A stretch of 64,000 nucleotides of DNA, taken from Chrysemys picta bellii. Taxonomy: Eukaryota. Positions 49,880 to 62,060 of the stretch are shown here, in pieces. Location: positions 82,708,001 through 82,772,000 of the forward strand of contig NC_088800.1 in the NCBI RefSeq assembly GCF_011386835.1, written 5' to 3'. The position numbers and the translations under genes are program-made. The notes beneath the pieces are model-generated. The model was not told the origin of the DNA. It saw only the letters and a program-made list of their open reading frames with translations, and searched no databases. Each line of letters starts with the position of its first letter. The stretch's first letter is position 1.

Positions 49880-50030
49880 GACGCTGAGTTCTATTAAGCT
49901 GTGGAACAGTCTCCTAATGGAAGGGATGGAAGCCTAATTGCATGGGACTTTTAAAACTAAATCGGACAGTGCCCCAGAAAGTCCATGGTAGGGAACAATA
50001 CTGGAGTGGCAGAGGGACAGGTGTACATCT
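49880..50030 (+). mobile_element. Ancient CR1 3' end relic
   Basis: ctgtggaacagtctcc...gggacttttaaaactaaatcggac (LWNSL...TFKTKSD). Confidence 0.5.
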
Positions 50031-50944
50031 ATTGGGGGTGGGGAACAGTGAACTAGAGGCTAATGATTTAGTCTGGTGTTTTAGAGATCGACTCCTTTGA
50101 CTGTTGCCTGAGTTCTAGGATTTGACCTCAATACTAACCCACCTCCTGAAGCTGAAAAAGGGCCTGGCCCTGTGACCTATATTCACATGAAAGAGCCTCA
50201 TTTTCTTACACAAGTTCTATTCAAGTCAATATGCCAGGCCCATCACCACGGTATCTGAGCACATAATAGTCTCACTGGCAGCGAGATTTTCCATATGAGG
50301 GTTACTCATGCAAATAAGGGCTGCAGGATCAGGTCCTTAAATCGTGTGCTGTTTTTGCCTGGTAGCACTGTTAAACATCTACTTGTGATATCCAGTTTTT
50401 CTATTACTTATTGCTCTTAACTTCAGCTTTTGGTGAAAGCAAAGAACACATAAGAGATTGTTAAGGAGGGTTAAAAAGCGGAATACCGAGACTGCTGTCG
50501 AGAACAAAGCGTTCTTATTGGTCAAGATGCGATCAGCTGGCCATGAATTGGATTATGTTCTTCATGCTCCATTAAACAGTTAAAATACATTTTTTTTTTT
50601 ACAATCATGCATTAAACAGTTCCAAGGCCAATTCAAAACAACCCTTGTTTTCCATAATGAATCTCATTCTATGTATTTAAAAAATCCAAATGAACAGTTT
50701 TTTTTAAAGTGAGAAAATGGATTTTTAAAAATTTCATTATTGCTTAGTTCAAAAATGGATTCTCCCCCCACCTCCCCCAAGAAGAGGTTCAAAACAATTC
50801 ACCTTCAAAGGAAGAAAGGGAAGCCCCAGATGAAGATTTGTGGGGAGAGGGGGGAAAAATAATGATTAACTGAAAAATCAGGGTTTAGAATGGAATGCTG
50901 TTACTCAGGGTTAACTATGGTGCCACTAAAGCATACAGGGCCAC

Positions 50945-51074
50945 TAGGGTGACCAGACAGCAAATGTGAAAAATTGGGACAGGGGGTGGGGGTGGAGGGT
51001 AATAGGAGCCTATATAAGAAAAAGACCCCAAAATCGGGACTATCCCTATAAAATCAGGACATCTGGTCACCCTA
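50945..51074 (+). mobile_element. ~120-bp hAT MITE, copy 4
   Basis: TIR tagggtgaccaga / tctggtcacccta, perfect TSD agggccac. Confidence 0.92.
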
Positions 51075-51927
51075 AGGGCCACTGCCAGGGATAATATACA
51101 TGGTGCTCTTGGAAGGCGTGTGAGAGGGGAGATGGATACCTTCCCCACCCTGCACGCTACACAGTGGGCTGCCAGAACCCTGGCTATTGTTATTCCTGGG
51201 GGAAATTCACCCCTGAACAAAGGATCACCACTTAAGTTCGGATTTTGCGGGCTTAAGTGGGACCTAAGCATTGCACGGGTCTTATGATGGTTCTCTGCAG
51301 GAGGGGTGACTTTTGCCTGCCTGCAAGGTGTGGTTGAGTCTTAGCATGACCAAAAACACCACGCGCCCCAGAGAGGACACAGATGTGTGGGGTAGAGCGT
51401 GGCCCACCCTGCCTTGCACACTGACTGGTGATGGAGGACGTGCATGGGCAGAAAGCCTCCAGTCACCACCCCTGATGGGGTACACATCTCCACCAGCGCT
51501 CCTGCAGGCAGCTCACGCTTTACACGCCAACCGAACCCACGGCAGCTCAGTTAGTGTAGGCACACGTGAGTGCACACACACATACATACACGCTTCCCAA
51601 CAGTCTCTCATGACTTGGAGCCAGCAGACCACCTCTAAGATTCCTATCTCCATGGCCCACTCCATCCTTGACCTCTCTACTCATGCTGCCAGAGAGAGTT
51701 ACCAGACATTGTGGTGGTTTTGTGCTGTGGACATTTGCGCACTAGCAACGAGACTGAATTCCTTTCACATAAGTGCTGGTTTTATCATTTTTCTAACCTC
51801 CCCCCCAACCCCCCGTAAGTTTCCTCGTTCAAGAAAATACTCTTACATTTAATGACTCCCTCCCCATGCCCCCATGTGAGAACAAAGTGGATAATAAGCC
51901 CCTCAGGAAACAAAACAGCCTGTTGTG

Positions 51928-52041
51928 TCATACAAATGTTGGGCTGGAAGAGACCTGGAGAGCTCATCTAGTCCAGCCCCCGGCACTGAGGCAGGACCAA
52001 GTAAGCCTAGACCATCCTAGCAGGTGTTTGTCCAACCTGTT
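51928..52041 (-). mobile_element. CR1 3' tail fragment
   Basis: tcatacaaatgttgggctggaagagacc...ggtgtttgtccaacctgtt, same subfamily as 32505. Confidence 0.8.
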
Positions 52042-55000
52042 GGGCATGATAAATAGGGTCCTGCAAAGACCCAATGAGAAATGCAGGAGTTATAAGAAAC
52101 ACAGGCAGAACTATCAGACTAATTAGCATATTCTCCAAAATTTCTCAGGAGGCGTTAGCCATGGCTCAAGTGAAATATTTTATAGAGGAGATCCCTTTCC
52201 CTGTACACCTCCTCCTATACGCTATATTGAGCAAACCACTTGCTTTTAAAGGGAAACTCCTCATTTTTGGCTCACAGGGCCTGATTCGCTGCTGCCATTT
52301 TGATTTGGCAGCTTTTATCACCCACTTTCTTTATCATGAAAGATGACAGCCAGTGCAGAGCAATTGAGGACGAGGCCCATTATATAGATTTCTGGGTCAG
52401 AACCTCAGCTGGTGAAAACCGTTGACTTCAATGGAGCTACGCTGATTTGCCCCAGATGGGAGTCTGGCACCTGGCTTGTAAAAAAAGTTTTGCAAGTAGA
52501 ACAGAAATGTCGGTTAATGCCAACGAAACTCGCTGAGGTTAGACTGCCCTCTGCTGTGGTAAAAAGTGTTGGCGCCCAGAAAAGCTGTGTGGGAATTCCC
52601 TAGCTCATGAGTTCTCAGACTGGAGTGGTCAGGGAGTCATGGCCACCCGCCTTCTCTTAATGGTTAGCTATTGGCGTGTGTTTCTTTTCCATGTTGCAAC
52701 ACGGAGTCACATTATGGAAATGGCTGGGAGCCTCTGCCCTAACAGAGTTCCTACTGGGGCTGTAGCTGGGTGCTGGGCATCTGAAGGAAATGTAGGGTGT
52801 AGATGGGTGGGTGAAGGAGACCTAGGGTAAGCTGGGACTCTGGAGGTAGCTGGGTGGGGATGGGTGTCAGAGGGAAGCTGGAGTATAACAGGGTGGGTGT
52901 TGAAAAGCCTGGAGTGATTGTGCGGTTCACAGGGGTAGGTATGGGCTGTGGTAGGTGGGAGGGGTAGGGCATGGACCATCTTGTTTGTTCTGTGTTTGTA
53001 CAGCATCTGGCACAATAGGGCTCTGAGATGCTACTGTGATACAAAGAATAAATGAAATATAATAAAATAATGAAGATGGCTGACTTCTGGAGGTGGGTAC
53101 AGGGGTGCCTGGGATTGCTGGAGATTTGTGCAGGGGAGAGGCTGGTGCAAGAGGCTGCAAGATGAGGAAATCTAACTTTCTGCAGCAGCTGCCTCCTACT
53201 GGCTGCTTCTTCCAGGCTGTGATCCAGCATAGGGATCAGCGAGCGGGGAGGCAGAGAGACCACCTGTTCCATGGGCCTCGCAGCAGCCCCACAAGGCAGA
53301 AGGCACAACTGCAGGCAAAATACCTTCCCACCGCCAGGCCCGTTGAGAGAAATTTGGTGCCCCATCATGTTTGCTGGGGCCCCACCCCCTCCCATTTCAC
53401 TTTATTTACACAGCTGATACAGATGTTTGGGGGGAAGGCCCTGAGCTTGGGGCTCCAGGACAATTGTCACCCATTTTCCGCTCCTGGAGAATTTCACAAA
53501 GGCCATCACACTGCTCTCTGAGGGGGGAACAGTCAGTGACTCCCAGCTTGGACTAGATTCTAACTGACGGCCCGCAGTCAATTCTTGCTCCCATTACTGA
53601 GAATCTCAGCCCTCCTGTCTGGCTGCTTTACACAGACCGCGCTTTCTATTGTGAATGTCTGAGCCACTCTTATCCTGTCCAGGCCTCCTGCATAACTGGG
53701 GATACCAGAGGTAAAAGGAACTGGCTTTCTGCTGAGTCATAGACCCAAGGGGAAAAAAATTATATATGTGGGGTGAGTGGGTTGCTTTTTTATATATACG
53801 GGGTGGGTGGGTTGTATAAAAATAAAAGCAACCCACCCACTACAAAAATGGTTTTAAAATATTTAAGCTGCTCTGACTTTCCAATTACACTGATGCAATG
53901 TAAGCCTCTTTTTTCAAAAGCAAGGTTTAGAATCATACAAAATGCATTAGCAGCACTAATGCAAAAGATCTGGATCTAACCATGCCAAAAGGCCAGTCTC
54001 CATAATACAGTCCTAATGAGGCACAGAATGGTGCAGGAAAGTTATGTGCACAGGGAGGCAAAGGATAGTGTGGGTGCTTATTTCAGATCCATACATTATC
54101 AATGAGAAATAAAGGTTTGTGACCATCTAGCCCAAAGCACTGGAAATAAATCGGTACTTTGGCATGCTCCCTAACAATACCCTCCAGGACAAATCCAGCT
54201 CTGACATCAAGGCCCAGGGGCCAACGTGGGTGTGCGCAATCATACTGTGGCGCAGAAGACATTCTCTTCTCCCCCAAGTTGCCAAGGAAATTTCCTCACT
54301 CTGAGTTTATCTACTCTCTATTCCTGGCTCTAAACATTCACTGTCCACCTAGTCAGGGAATAGATCTTTCCGCTCCTCTCTTCCTCTCTCTGTTTTCCAG
54401 GCCACGGAGTGGCAGTAGGGCTACCCCATGATCAAAACATCAGTCCTAAGGTTGCGATAGCCCCCCCTATAATTGCCTCCATGGTGCATGGGATGACGGC
54501 TAGTAGATCAGCACTGTGGTGAATCCATCTGTCCTCCATTCTCTGCTTCCAATACCCAACTTACCCCTACACCAAACATCAGGAAGGAGCCCCCATGGCA
54601 CACAGGTCTCCCTAAATCTTCACCCTCACCCCCTTCCATTGCAATAGCACAGCATCATCCCACGGCAGGATGGGTCCTTGATGGCTTTGGGGCGGGGGGG
54701 GGGAATAGGCAGAACGTAACCCTTCAGAGAACAATAAATCCACTAGCCGCCGCAGGGCACTGTCCCCAGTTTCTATTTAAGAGCCCAATTCTGCAGTAGT
54801 GATATCAGTGGGAGTTTTAACACTGGCTCCAGTGGGCCAGGCTACATTACAACAAAAACGGCAGTTGCACCTGCCCAGACCTAGGGTGAAACCCTCGCCC
54901 TGCTGAAGTCAATGGCAGGGGAGGTGTGGCCCTATCTGCCCTGTGTCTTAGAGAATGGCAGTGACTCCGGGTCCTACCAGAGTGTCCCAAGCAAATGAGA

Positions 55001-56547
55001 ATTCTTCCACACCCAACAGCTGACTAAATACACCAATCTAAGCTGCCACATTAAACCCACAGACTCTAGGGACTGTTAGGGAGATGGGCTATGTATAAAA
55101 ATCAATGTTAGAACATAAAAAGAACCTAATGCAGCTGTCTCGGATTGAAATACCCTTTTACCCAAATCATGGACCCTGTATGTCGTTTTCCACTGGTCTG
55201 TTTAGCTAAATACTTTTGATGCTCCTGAAATGATCTATGTAAATCTGATATTCATGAAATAAAATCCCAGGCCTGGTGAGCCCCTCCCCCCTCCCCTGAG
55301 TCTGACATATTCTTTTATCATCTGATGTTCAGGTGTTTCCCCTTTTACAACCCTGCCTTGAGGAAACGAACAGTATCAGCAATTTCTGACAATACCTCAC
55401 CTTTTTAATGCAATAAAAGGAGATTTTTCTGCTTTTATTTAAAAAAAAAAAGGAAAATGGGGTGATTTATTGATCAACATTTGGACCAACCTCTTTGTCG
55501 GGGGAATTTTTACAGTGTTCCATTCCTCTTAAAATCTGGCTAATCAAAAGAATTCTCTGACTGAGATGTAACGTTTCCCCAGCCTCCGAAAATCCCCACT
55601 GAATTTTTAACAGGATTTTTTTTTTTTAAAAGTGCTTTCCCCCTTTGGCCGGGGACATTTGCTCAGAATAGTGTGCTTTTATGCTTTGAAGGAGATTGGG
55701 AAGCTGTGAGGTTACAAGGCAAAGAAATGAGTTGATCTGAGGATGCATACTGAATCCATGTAAACTCCTATAGGTTTACAGTCTAGCTTTCTGCACAGTG
55801 TTGAAGAGATCTCAGTAATAGGGGAGAGCTGCATTTGATTGCAAAACAGTCTGCTCTGGTGTGTGGACACACACATTAAAAGAGGGGAATCAGGCAGCAT
55901 TCCCATCTTTATACCATCTACTCTTTTTTCCCTGGCTCTAAGTATTCACTGCCACCCAGCCCAGGGAATGGATCTCCCCATTCATTCATCAGCTATATGT
56001 TTCTCCATGATATGCATTACCATTTGCTAGATGCTCTGACATGTTCTTCACCTTGACCCAGATTCTCCCTTACTCTCCTGCTGTAGCAGCAGTGTAAAAC
56101 GGGCATGTAGAAGGGTTAAAAAGCCCTCAGAGAACACCTCCCATCGTAGGAGAGCAGCCAATATAATTGTACTACACTAGCTCTCCTTCATGTCTCAGCA
56201 GGTGTGCGGATGTCAGGAGGTGGGGGAAGGACAGGATCAGAAGGGTGCATGGCCAAGTGCACCAACCGAGTGGCCCATAGGAGGCCATTATAAAGAAGTG
56301 CCATTTAGAGTAGCATGGGGGTCCCTGCATAGCCCAGAATGAGGGATGCCCAAAGGTGGCTTCAAGCCACTTTGATGCCTAATGTCCTCCCATTCCTGAG
56401 CCGATATACGGGATGGAACGCATGGAATCTGGGCCCTTGCTGAAGTTTTGAGACCCGTGTGTGTCTCACTACTCTACATGTCAAGGATTGTAACAAATTA
56501 CTGTACACAGTACAGTCGGTATGGATGGGCAGAGTCCCAACCCCGCA

Positions 56548-56551
<4 letters not shown>

Positions 56552-56605
<54 letters not shown>
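56552..56605. repeat. (CA)n microsatellite
   Basis: About 27 units. Confidence 0.98.
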
Positions 56606-56607
<2 letters not shown>

Positions 56608-56724
56608 GATGCTCCCAAATGACTCTGGTTCTTGGAACAATTCTCTTCGTAGGAATGGAGGACAAAGGACGGGAAATGACCTCCTGGCTCATCGAGTCCA
56701 GCCCCTTCTATGCAGGCAACCTCA

Positions 56725-56845
56725 CCATTGGACTGTAAGCTCTTTGGAGCAGGGACTGCCATTTTGTTCTGTGTTTGTATCGCACCTAGCGCAATGGAGC
56801 CCTCATCCAAGGCACTACAATAATACAAATAAATAATAATAATAT
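56725..56845 (+). mobile_element. L2/MIR-type 3' tail
   Basis: gactgtaagctctttggagcagggactg...gcacctagcgcaatggagccc...aataataat. Similar tails near 18000-18180 and 52975-53065. Confidence 0.65.
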
Positions 56846-57941
56846 AATCCCATTCATAAATGTATCTAGCTCCATCTCATTCTTAAGAGCACTGATACCA
56901 ACACTTTTGGGTCAGGATTTTGGAAAAATGTGTTCAGTTTTTTTGGTTGACAGTTTGCTTTTAGTCAGGAGTCCATGCTGGGAGGGTGAGAAAGGTAGCT
57001 GATGGATCTGAGAAGTTCCAGGAATGCATCTTGGTGAAACGTGGGCAAGGTCTGTCAAATTAAGGGGAGTTTGTGGGGATGGTTGTTCTTTAGCTAGAGT
57101 TACCCGAAGAAATGTGAAGACAGGATAAAAATCATAGAGGGAGCATTAAAAAAAAAATCTGCTGCAAAAATTAGTAAATATTTTTTCTGGGGCAGAAAAG
57201 AAAAATCATGGAGAAAATTCAATTGTCTGAAGAGGTATTGGGCCAAATTTAGAGATCAAATTCAGTCATTTAAGTGTGAAAAAGCAAATTTCAATCCCAT
57301 TTTGTATGCACATTCAATGCAGCCTTAACTCTAGAGTCACCCCTGATGCCTCTCACCCACATGCACACACAGTGTGGGCCCGCTTGTGCCCTGCTGCGCC
57401 AGGACCATGCGAGAGAGCGGGGATGGTGCAAGGAACCTCCCCTGTGCAGCAGCCCAGGGCAGTTAAAACACCTTGCACTTCTGAGGTTTGCACTCCTAGA
57501 ATGGGAGAGACACTAAAGATTAGCGCAGAGGACAGAGCATGTCCCTCCCCCTGTCCATTCCACTCCAGCCAGCAGAGCTGACTGGGCTTCCAAAAGAAGT
57601 TACTACAGGCTTTACCTCCTGAAGGAGTGTAGCGGGGACACGCTGCCCTTGCCTGCTGGGGGACACCAAGAAGCATCCCCCCCACCCTAGAGGTAGAATT
57701 CCCCTGGAGCTTTGCCCATTGAGCAGTGCAGCTGCACAAGTCACTCCCTAAAAGCCCTTTGGGGGTGATTTCAAAGGCAATTAGGCACCGAATGAGAAAA
57801 ATCAGTGCGAGTTAGGCACTTGCCTAACATTGATGCATTTGAAAAATCTTCCCTTTCGTGCACTCAGATTCCATACGAGTGACCCTTCTCTTGCCCACTT
57901 TCCCTCCTAAACGCCGCTCAGCAAAAGAACTTGCCTAGCCT

Positions 57942-58026
57942 CCGAAGAAGTGGGCTGTAGCCCACGAAAGCTTATGCTCTAATAAATTTGTTAGTCTCTA
58001 AGGTGCCACAAGTACTCCTGTTCTTT
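57942..58026 (+). mobile_element. Penelope-like insertion (85 bp) starting at the hammerhead core
   Basis: Begins ccgaagaagtgggctgtagcccacgaaagctt, 11-bp TSD ttgcctagcct (57931-57941, 58027-58037). Confidence 0.88.
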
Positions 58027-58070
58027 TTGCCTAGCCTTGTATCCCTCGAAGAAACACGGCTTAAAAATAT

Positions 58071-58212
58071 GACTTTCACTCTATGCATCCGAAGAAGTGA
58101 GGTTTTAACTCACGAAAGCTTATGCCCAAATAAATCTGTTAGTCTTTAAGGTGCCATCAGACTCCTTGTTGTTTTTGTAGATACAGACTAACACGGCTAC
58201 CCCCTGATACTT
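58071..58212 (+). mobile_element. Penelope-like insertion (142 bp)
   Basis: Family 3' end ggctaccccctgatac, 13-bp TSD ggcttaaaaatat (58058-58070, 58213-58225). Confidence 0.92.
58085..58125 (+). ncRNA. Minimal hammerhead motif, U4C variant
   Basis: GCAU-CCGAAGA-A-GUGAG(guuuuaa)CUCAC-GAAA-GCU-U-AUGC. Confidence 0.6.
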
Positions 58213-58502
58213 GGCTTAAAAATATATAACCCAAAGCACTAATCCATGCATTACAATTACATTCCAGGCCAGATTAAAAATTCATCGCTGTCCCTCATTA
58301 TTTTCCTCCATTGAAAGCATTTTTCTTTCCCCCAATTTGTGTGTGTGTGGGGGGGGAGAAGAGCTGGAGGGGAGAAATCAGGGTTAAGACTTTTCCAGTC
58401 AGTCATGTTAATTTCCTTCCCTGTTCTAGACAACTAATGAGATCTGCGTGGGCGAATGTCTCCTGCACCGTGTCAGAACTACCCTCACATGGATTGAGGC
58501 AT

Positions 58503-58635
58503 NNNNNNNNNNNNNNNNNNNNNNNNNNNNNNNNNNNNNNNNNNNNNNNNNNNNNNNNNNNNNNNNNNNNNNNNNNNNNNNNNNNNNNNNNNNNNNNNNN
58601 NNNNNNNNNNNNNNNNNNNNNNNNNNNNNNNNNNN
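58503..58635. other. Assembly gap (133 N)
   Basis: Run of N. ORFs crossing it are artefacts. Confidence 1.
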
Positions 58636-59229
58636 GGGGCTCACCGCTGATGAAGCACAGCAAATCCCTTCTTGCTTAAAGGTTAAATCAATGCATTATC
58701 CACTTTATTAGCCATTTGCATGCTGGAATATTTGTGCAGAAAGCAAGTGGGTCTGTCTCTTCCCCTTTGATTGGTTTGGTTGTCTTAGAAATGAGCTTGA
58801 CAGAGTTCAGCCTTTAACCCTCTCTTTGTTCAGGAGATGCACAAGAAAAGAAAGGGGATGGAAAAAGCATGCTGCCTGCTTCATTGTCCACGGGGACAGG
58901 GTGTTCGGAGGCCATTGTGGAAAGGATTTAGGAGTGAGGTTAGAGTTTGTTGAAATGAGGAATTTAAAGCACTGGGTTAAGGCAGGTGCCGTGCGAAATA
59001 TCCGCAAGCTCCCCAGCTCCCCCACAAAGCCACACCCCAACGCTGACCTGCATCTCTTCCTGCTTGGACAGCCTGGGAAGATTACCCAGCTCCTGAGCAG
59101 CCAGTGTGAAACGAGTGTGGCAGGTCTCAGGCCTTTCCCTGGTGGACAAACATCCATGTCACAAAGGGACATTGTCAGAAAACAGGATGATGTGTGAATA
59201 GTGGCAAGGCGGTGTAGCCGATAGGGCAT

Positions 59230-59440
59230 GGGAGTGGCACTCACGAAGACTAGGTTCTACTCCAGTGGTGCTTACTGAGTTACCTCAGGTAAATCTCTTC
59301 ACCTGTCTATGCCTTTCCTGTCCCATCTTTTGGATGTAGGCTCTTTCGGATAAGCACTGTCTCTTCCTATCTGTTTGTGCAGCGCCTAGCGCAATGGGGC
59401 GGCAATCTCTGCTGGGCCCTCTAGGCACTTCTGTAATAAA
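59230..59440 (+). mobile_element. MIR/CORE-type SINE relic
   Basis: ctaggttctactcc...ggtaaatctcttcacctgtctatgcct...gcagcgcctagcgcaatgggg. Confidence 0.55.
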
Positions 59441-59785
59441 AATACTCAATAGAATAGGCAGGGGGATTAATCCGTCTGGTCTCCAGTAGAGGCAACGTCT
59501 CCCATTCAGGAATGAGGGGCTTGACGGGGGAAGCTTGTATTGATTCTAGCTGAAGTTAGAGAACCTGTTCTGAGATGAAGGAGAGGAGGTCAGGACTGGC
59601 CGTCTGGCATCTTTCACCTGCATGAAATTCACACAAGCTCCCACAGAAAAAGAAGCAGAGGCAAACCAGTAGCCAAGGGGTAGTTCTTTTAACGTGCCCC
59701 AACAGGGAGTAGGATGAGACCAGCCTCCTTATTTCCACTCAGACATAAATCAGACGTGAGCTCCCAGAGGCCTGTGTACGTTAAC

Positions 59786-60455
59786 TAAAGCTGGGCAGGA
59801 ATTTTCAGTCAACATTTGTTTTTGATTGAAAACGTGGTTTCCACAAAATCAGAATTTTCTGCAGAAAACTTTCGATTTTGCCAGCATTATTTGATTTTTC
59901 CCTCAGGAAAATCAAAACAGAATATTTCTTTCGGGTGAGGTCAAACTGAATCAAAATGTTGAGTTTTGGGTCAGTTTGACATTAATCTCTGTCCCCCGCC
60001 CCCAAGCTGCCATGATGCCTCATTTTTTCACACCTCCACTCTCCTCAATGGGCCAGATTCCCTGGCTGGACTACATTTCCCATTATGCTCACCTGAGGTT
60101 GAATCACCGTGGTGCATCATGGAAGTCACACATCCACAGTGCATCAGGAGAGTCAGAGTTCATCCGGGGAGCCCAATCTATAAACCGGGCGCACAAAGCA
60201 CCTGAACTACAATTCCCAGGAGGCACCATGACAGTGCCAGGAAACACAGACTACTGTAGAACTGACATTAAATGGAATATTTCAATTTGGAAATGAAGAA
60301 TGAAACTTTGACATTTCCTAATAAAAATCTGTTGCAACTTCCTGTTCCTTGAAAAACTTTGGTATTTCCTCTTTGCATCCCAATTTGTGACCAAAACAAA
60401 TGTAAAAATATTGAAAGGTCCATGGGATGGAAATTCTGATTTTTACCTAGCTCTA
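59786..60455. mobile_element. Old non-autonomous DNA element
   Basis: Ends taaagctgggcaggaatttt / aaattctgatttttacctagctcta, AT-rich subterminal repeats. Related relics at about 2330-2560 and 17540-17880. Confidence 0.5.
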
Positions 60456-61318
60456 ACATAGGGTCTCAATGAGCTCTTTGTAGACTAAATCCTGGTCACT
60501 TTAGTTATGCAATTTACCCCCAGCTGTCCTATCTAGTCCCAAGCAATCCCTTCTTCTCTCCTTTGATCTAATTTCTCCCTGAGTCATGTCCTGTCTAAGC
60601 CAGAGTGCAGCCCCTAGGAGAGGGGATGGTTTCCAAGACCGTCAAAAAAAAAAAAAAAAAAAAAAAAAAAAGAATGATTGCCACTGGTTTAAGTGTCTAA
60701 ATTTGACTTTAGGAGCTTATCTGTAGGAATCCATTTTAGAAAACCTAAAACAAGGACTCCACCTCAAGGCGCTCACCATCTTGGTTACATACCATGCAAC
60801 ATGACATGGCCCAGGGATAAATTTGTTTATGCAAGGGAAAGGAGGGAGAGGTTCAATGGAAGTGTGAGGACTTAAAATCCAAGGGGTCAAGGAGTCTGAG
60901 AACACTTTTGATAAGCAAAACTGTGAGTAATTATCCAATATGAACTGAAGACCTGCATTTGTTGAGGTCCATTCACTACTTCAGCCAACCAAGTGCAGTA
61001 TTAAAAGCAAGAGTTAAAATCTTACATTCAGTTATCTGAGAAACAGGACCCCCGACACAAATCCATTTGCTCAAAGCAGAAAGCTCCAGTGAATGCATCA
61101 GCTAAAAATAAGCTCATTTCCTACAGCAAAACCTCATACCTGCTGCTGGAAACCTGAATCATAATGTCAGCAAGATATCAATCTCACAAAACAAACAGAA
61201 CCTTTGGCATTTGAAAACTATTTGGAGATAAGTGGGTGGATCCCAATGGATTACATAGACCATCCTGGATCAGCCAGAAATGAACATCCAAGTGGCAAAC
61301 GTAGAGAAAACATAAAAA

Positions 61319-61396
61319 GGCCAGATCCTCAGCCAGTCTAAATCAGTGTCACTCCACTGGTGTCTGAGGAACAATGATGGTTTACACCAGTTGGCC
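61319..61396. mobile_element. Hairpin MITE (Chompy-like)
   Basis: ggccagatcctcagcc...tttacaccagttggcc. Confidence 0.55.
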
Positions 61397-61866
61397 TGAA
61401 GTTCTCCTTAAGGAGACTGACTGCATTTAATTCCAGTCCTGGTGAAAAGAGCAGCAAGAGTTTTAGTCAACATGTGGTGATAAGTGATCTCCTCTCCTGA
61501 TCTACCGCCCTGCGTTTGGTGGAGATGAGATAATTACATAGTACATCCTCTCAGAGAGCAACGGAGTTTCATCCTACCTGGACTCTCCCCTGGCTATGCT
61601 TAGAAGGGCTTCTTACAACAAAGTAGCTAGTACTTAACTGGTACCGAATTTGAATGTACTATTATTTGTGAGACAAGGTATCAAGTGCTCTACTAAAATC
61701 TCAGCACATTCCCAATTACAGTTACTCTCTTCCTTTCATCCATCCACTCTGTAATTACATCACATGAAAGCAATCAAGTTTTCCTGGCAAGATTTATTCT
61801 CTGCAAACTTATGTGGTTTTATCCTCCTGGGGTCCAATCCTGCAACATTTTCTCAGGTCTGTCTAA

Positions 61867-62060
61867 GGTACCATTACTGTAGTATCTGAGCACCTTGCAA
61901 TCTTTACTCTCACACGCCCCTGTGAGATTAGACAGTGCTATTATCCCCATTGACAAATGGGAAACTGAGGCACAGTGTAAGAGACTTGCCCAAGTTCAAA
62001 GGCAGTCTGTGGCAGAGCAGGGAATTAAATCCAGGTCTCTCGAGTCAAAGGCTAGGGCGT
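61867..62060 (-). mobile_element. MIR/CORE-type SINE relic
   Basis: tattatccccattgacaaatgggaaactgaggcacag...gacttgcccaag...gtggcagagcagggaattaaatccagg. Confidence 0.75.

Noticed and set aside
52707-53521. 214-aa and overlapping ORFs
   Set aside because: They cross G-rich low-complexity DNA and an L2/MIR-type tail. No recognisable domain or splice structure.
58311-58711. ORFs spanning 58.3-58.7 kb
   Set aside because: Artefacts of translation through the 133-N gap.
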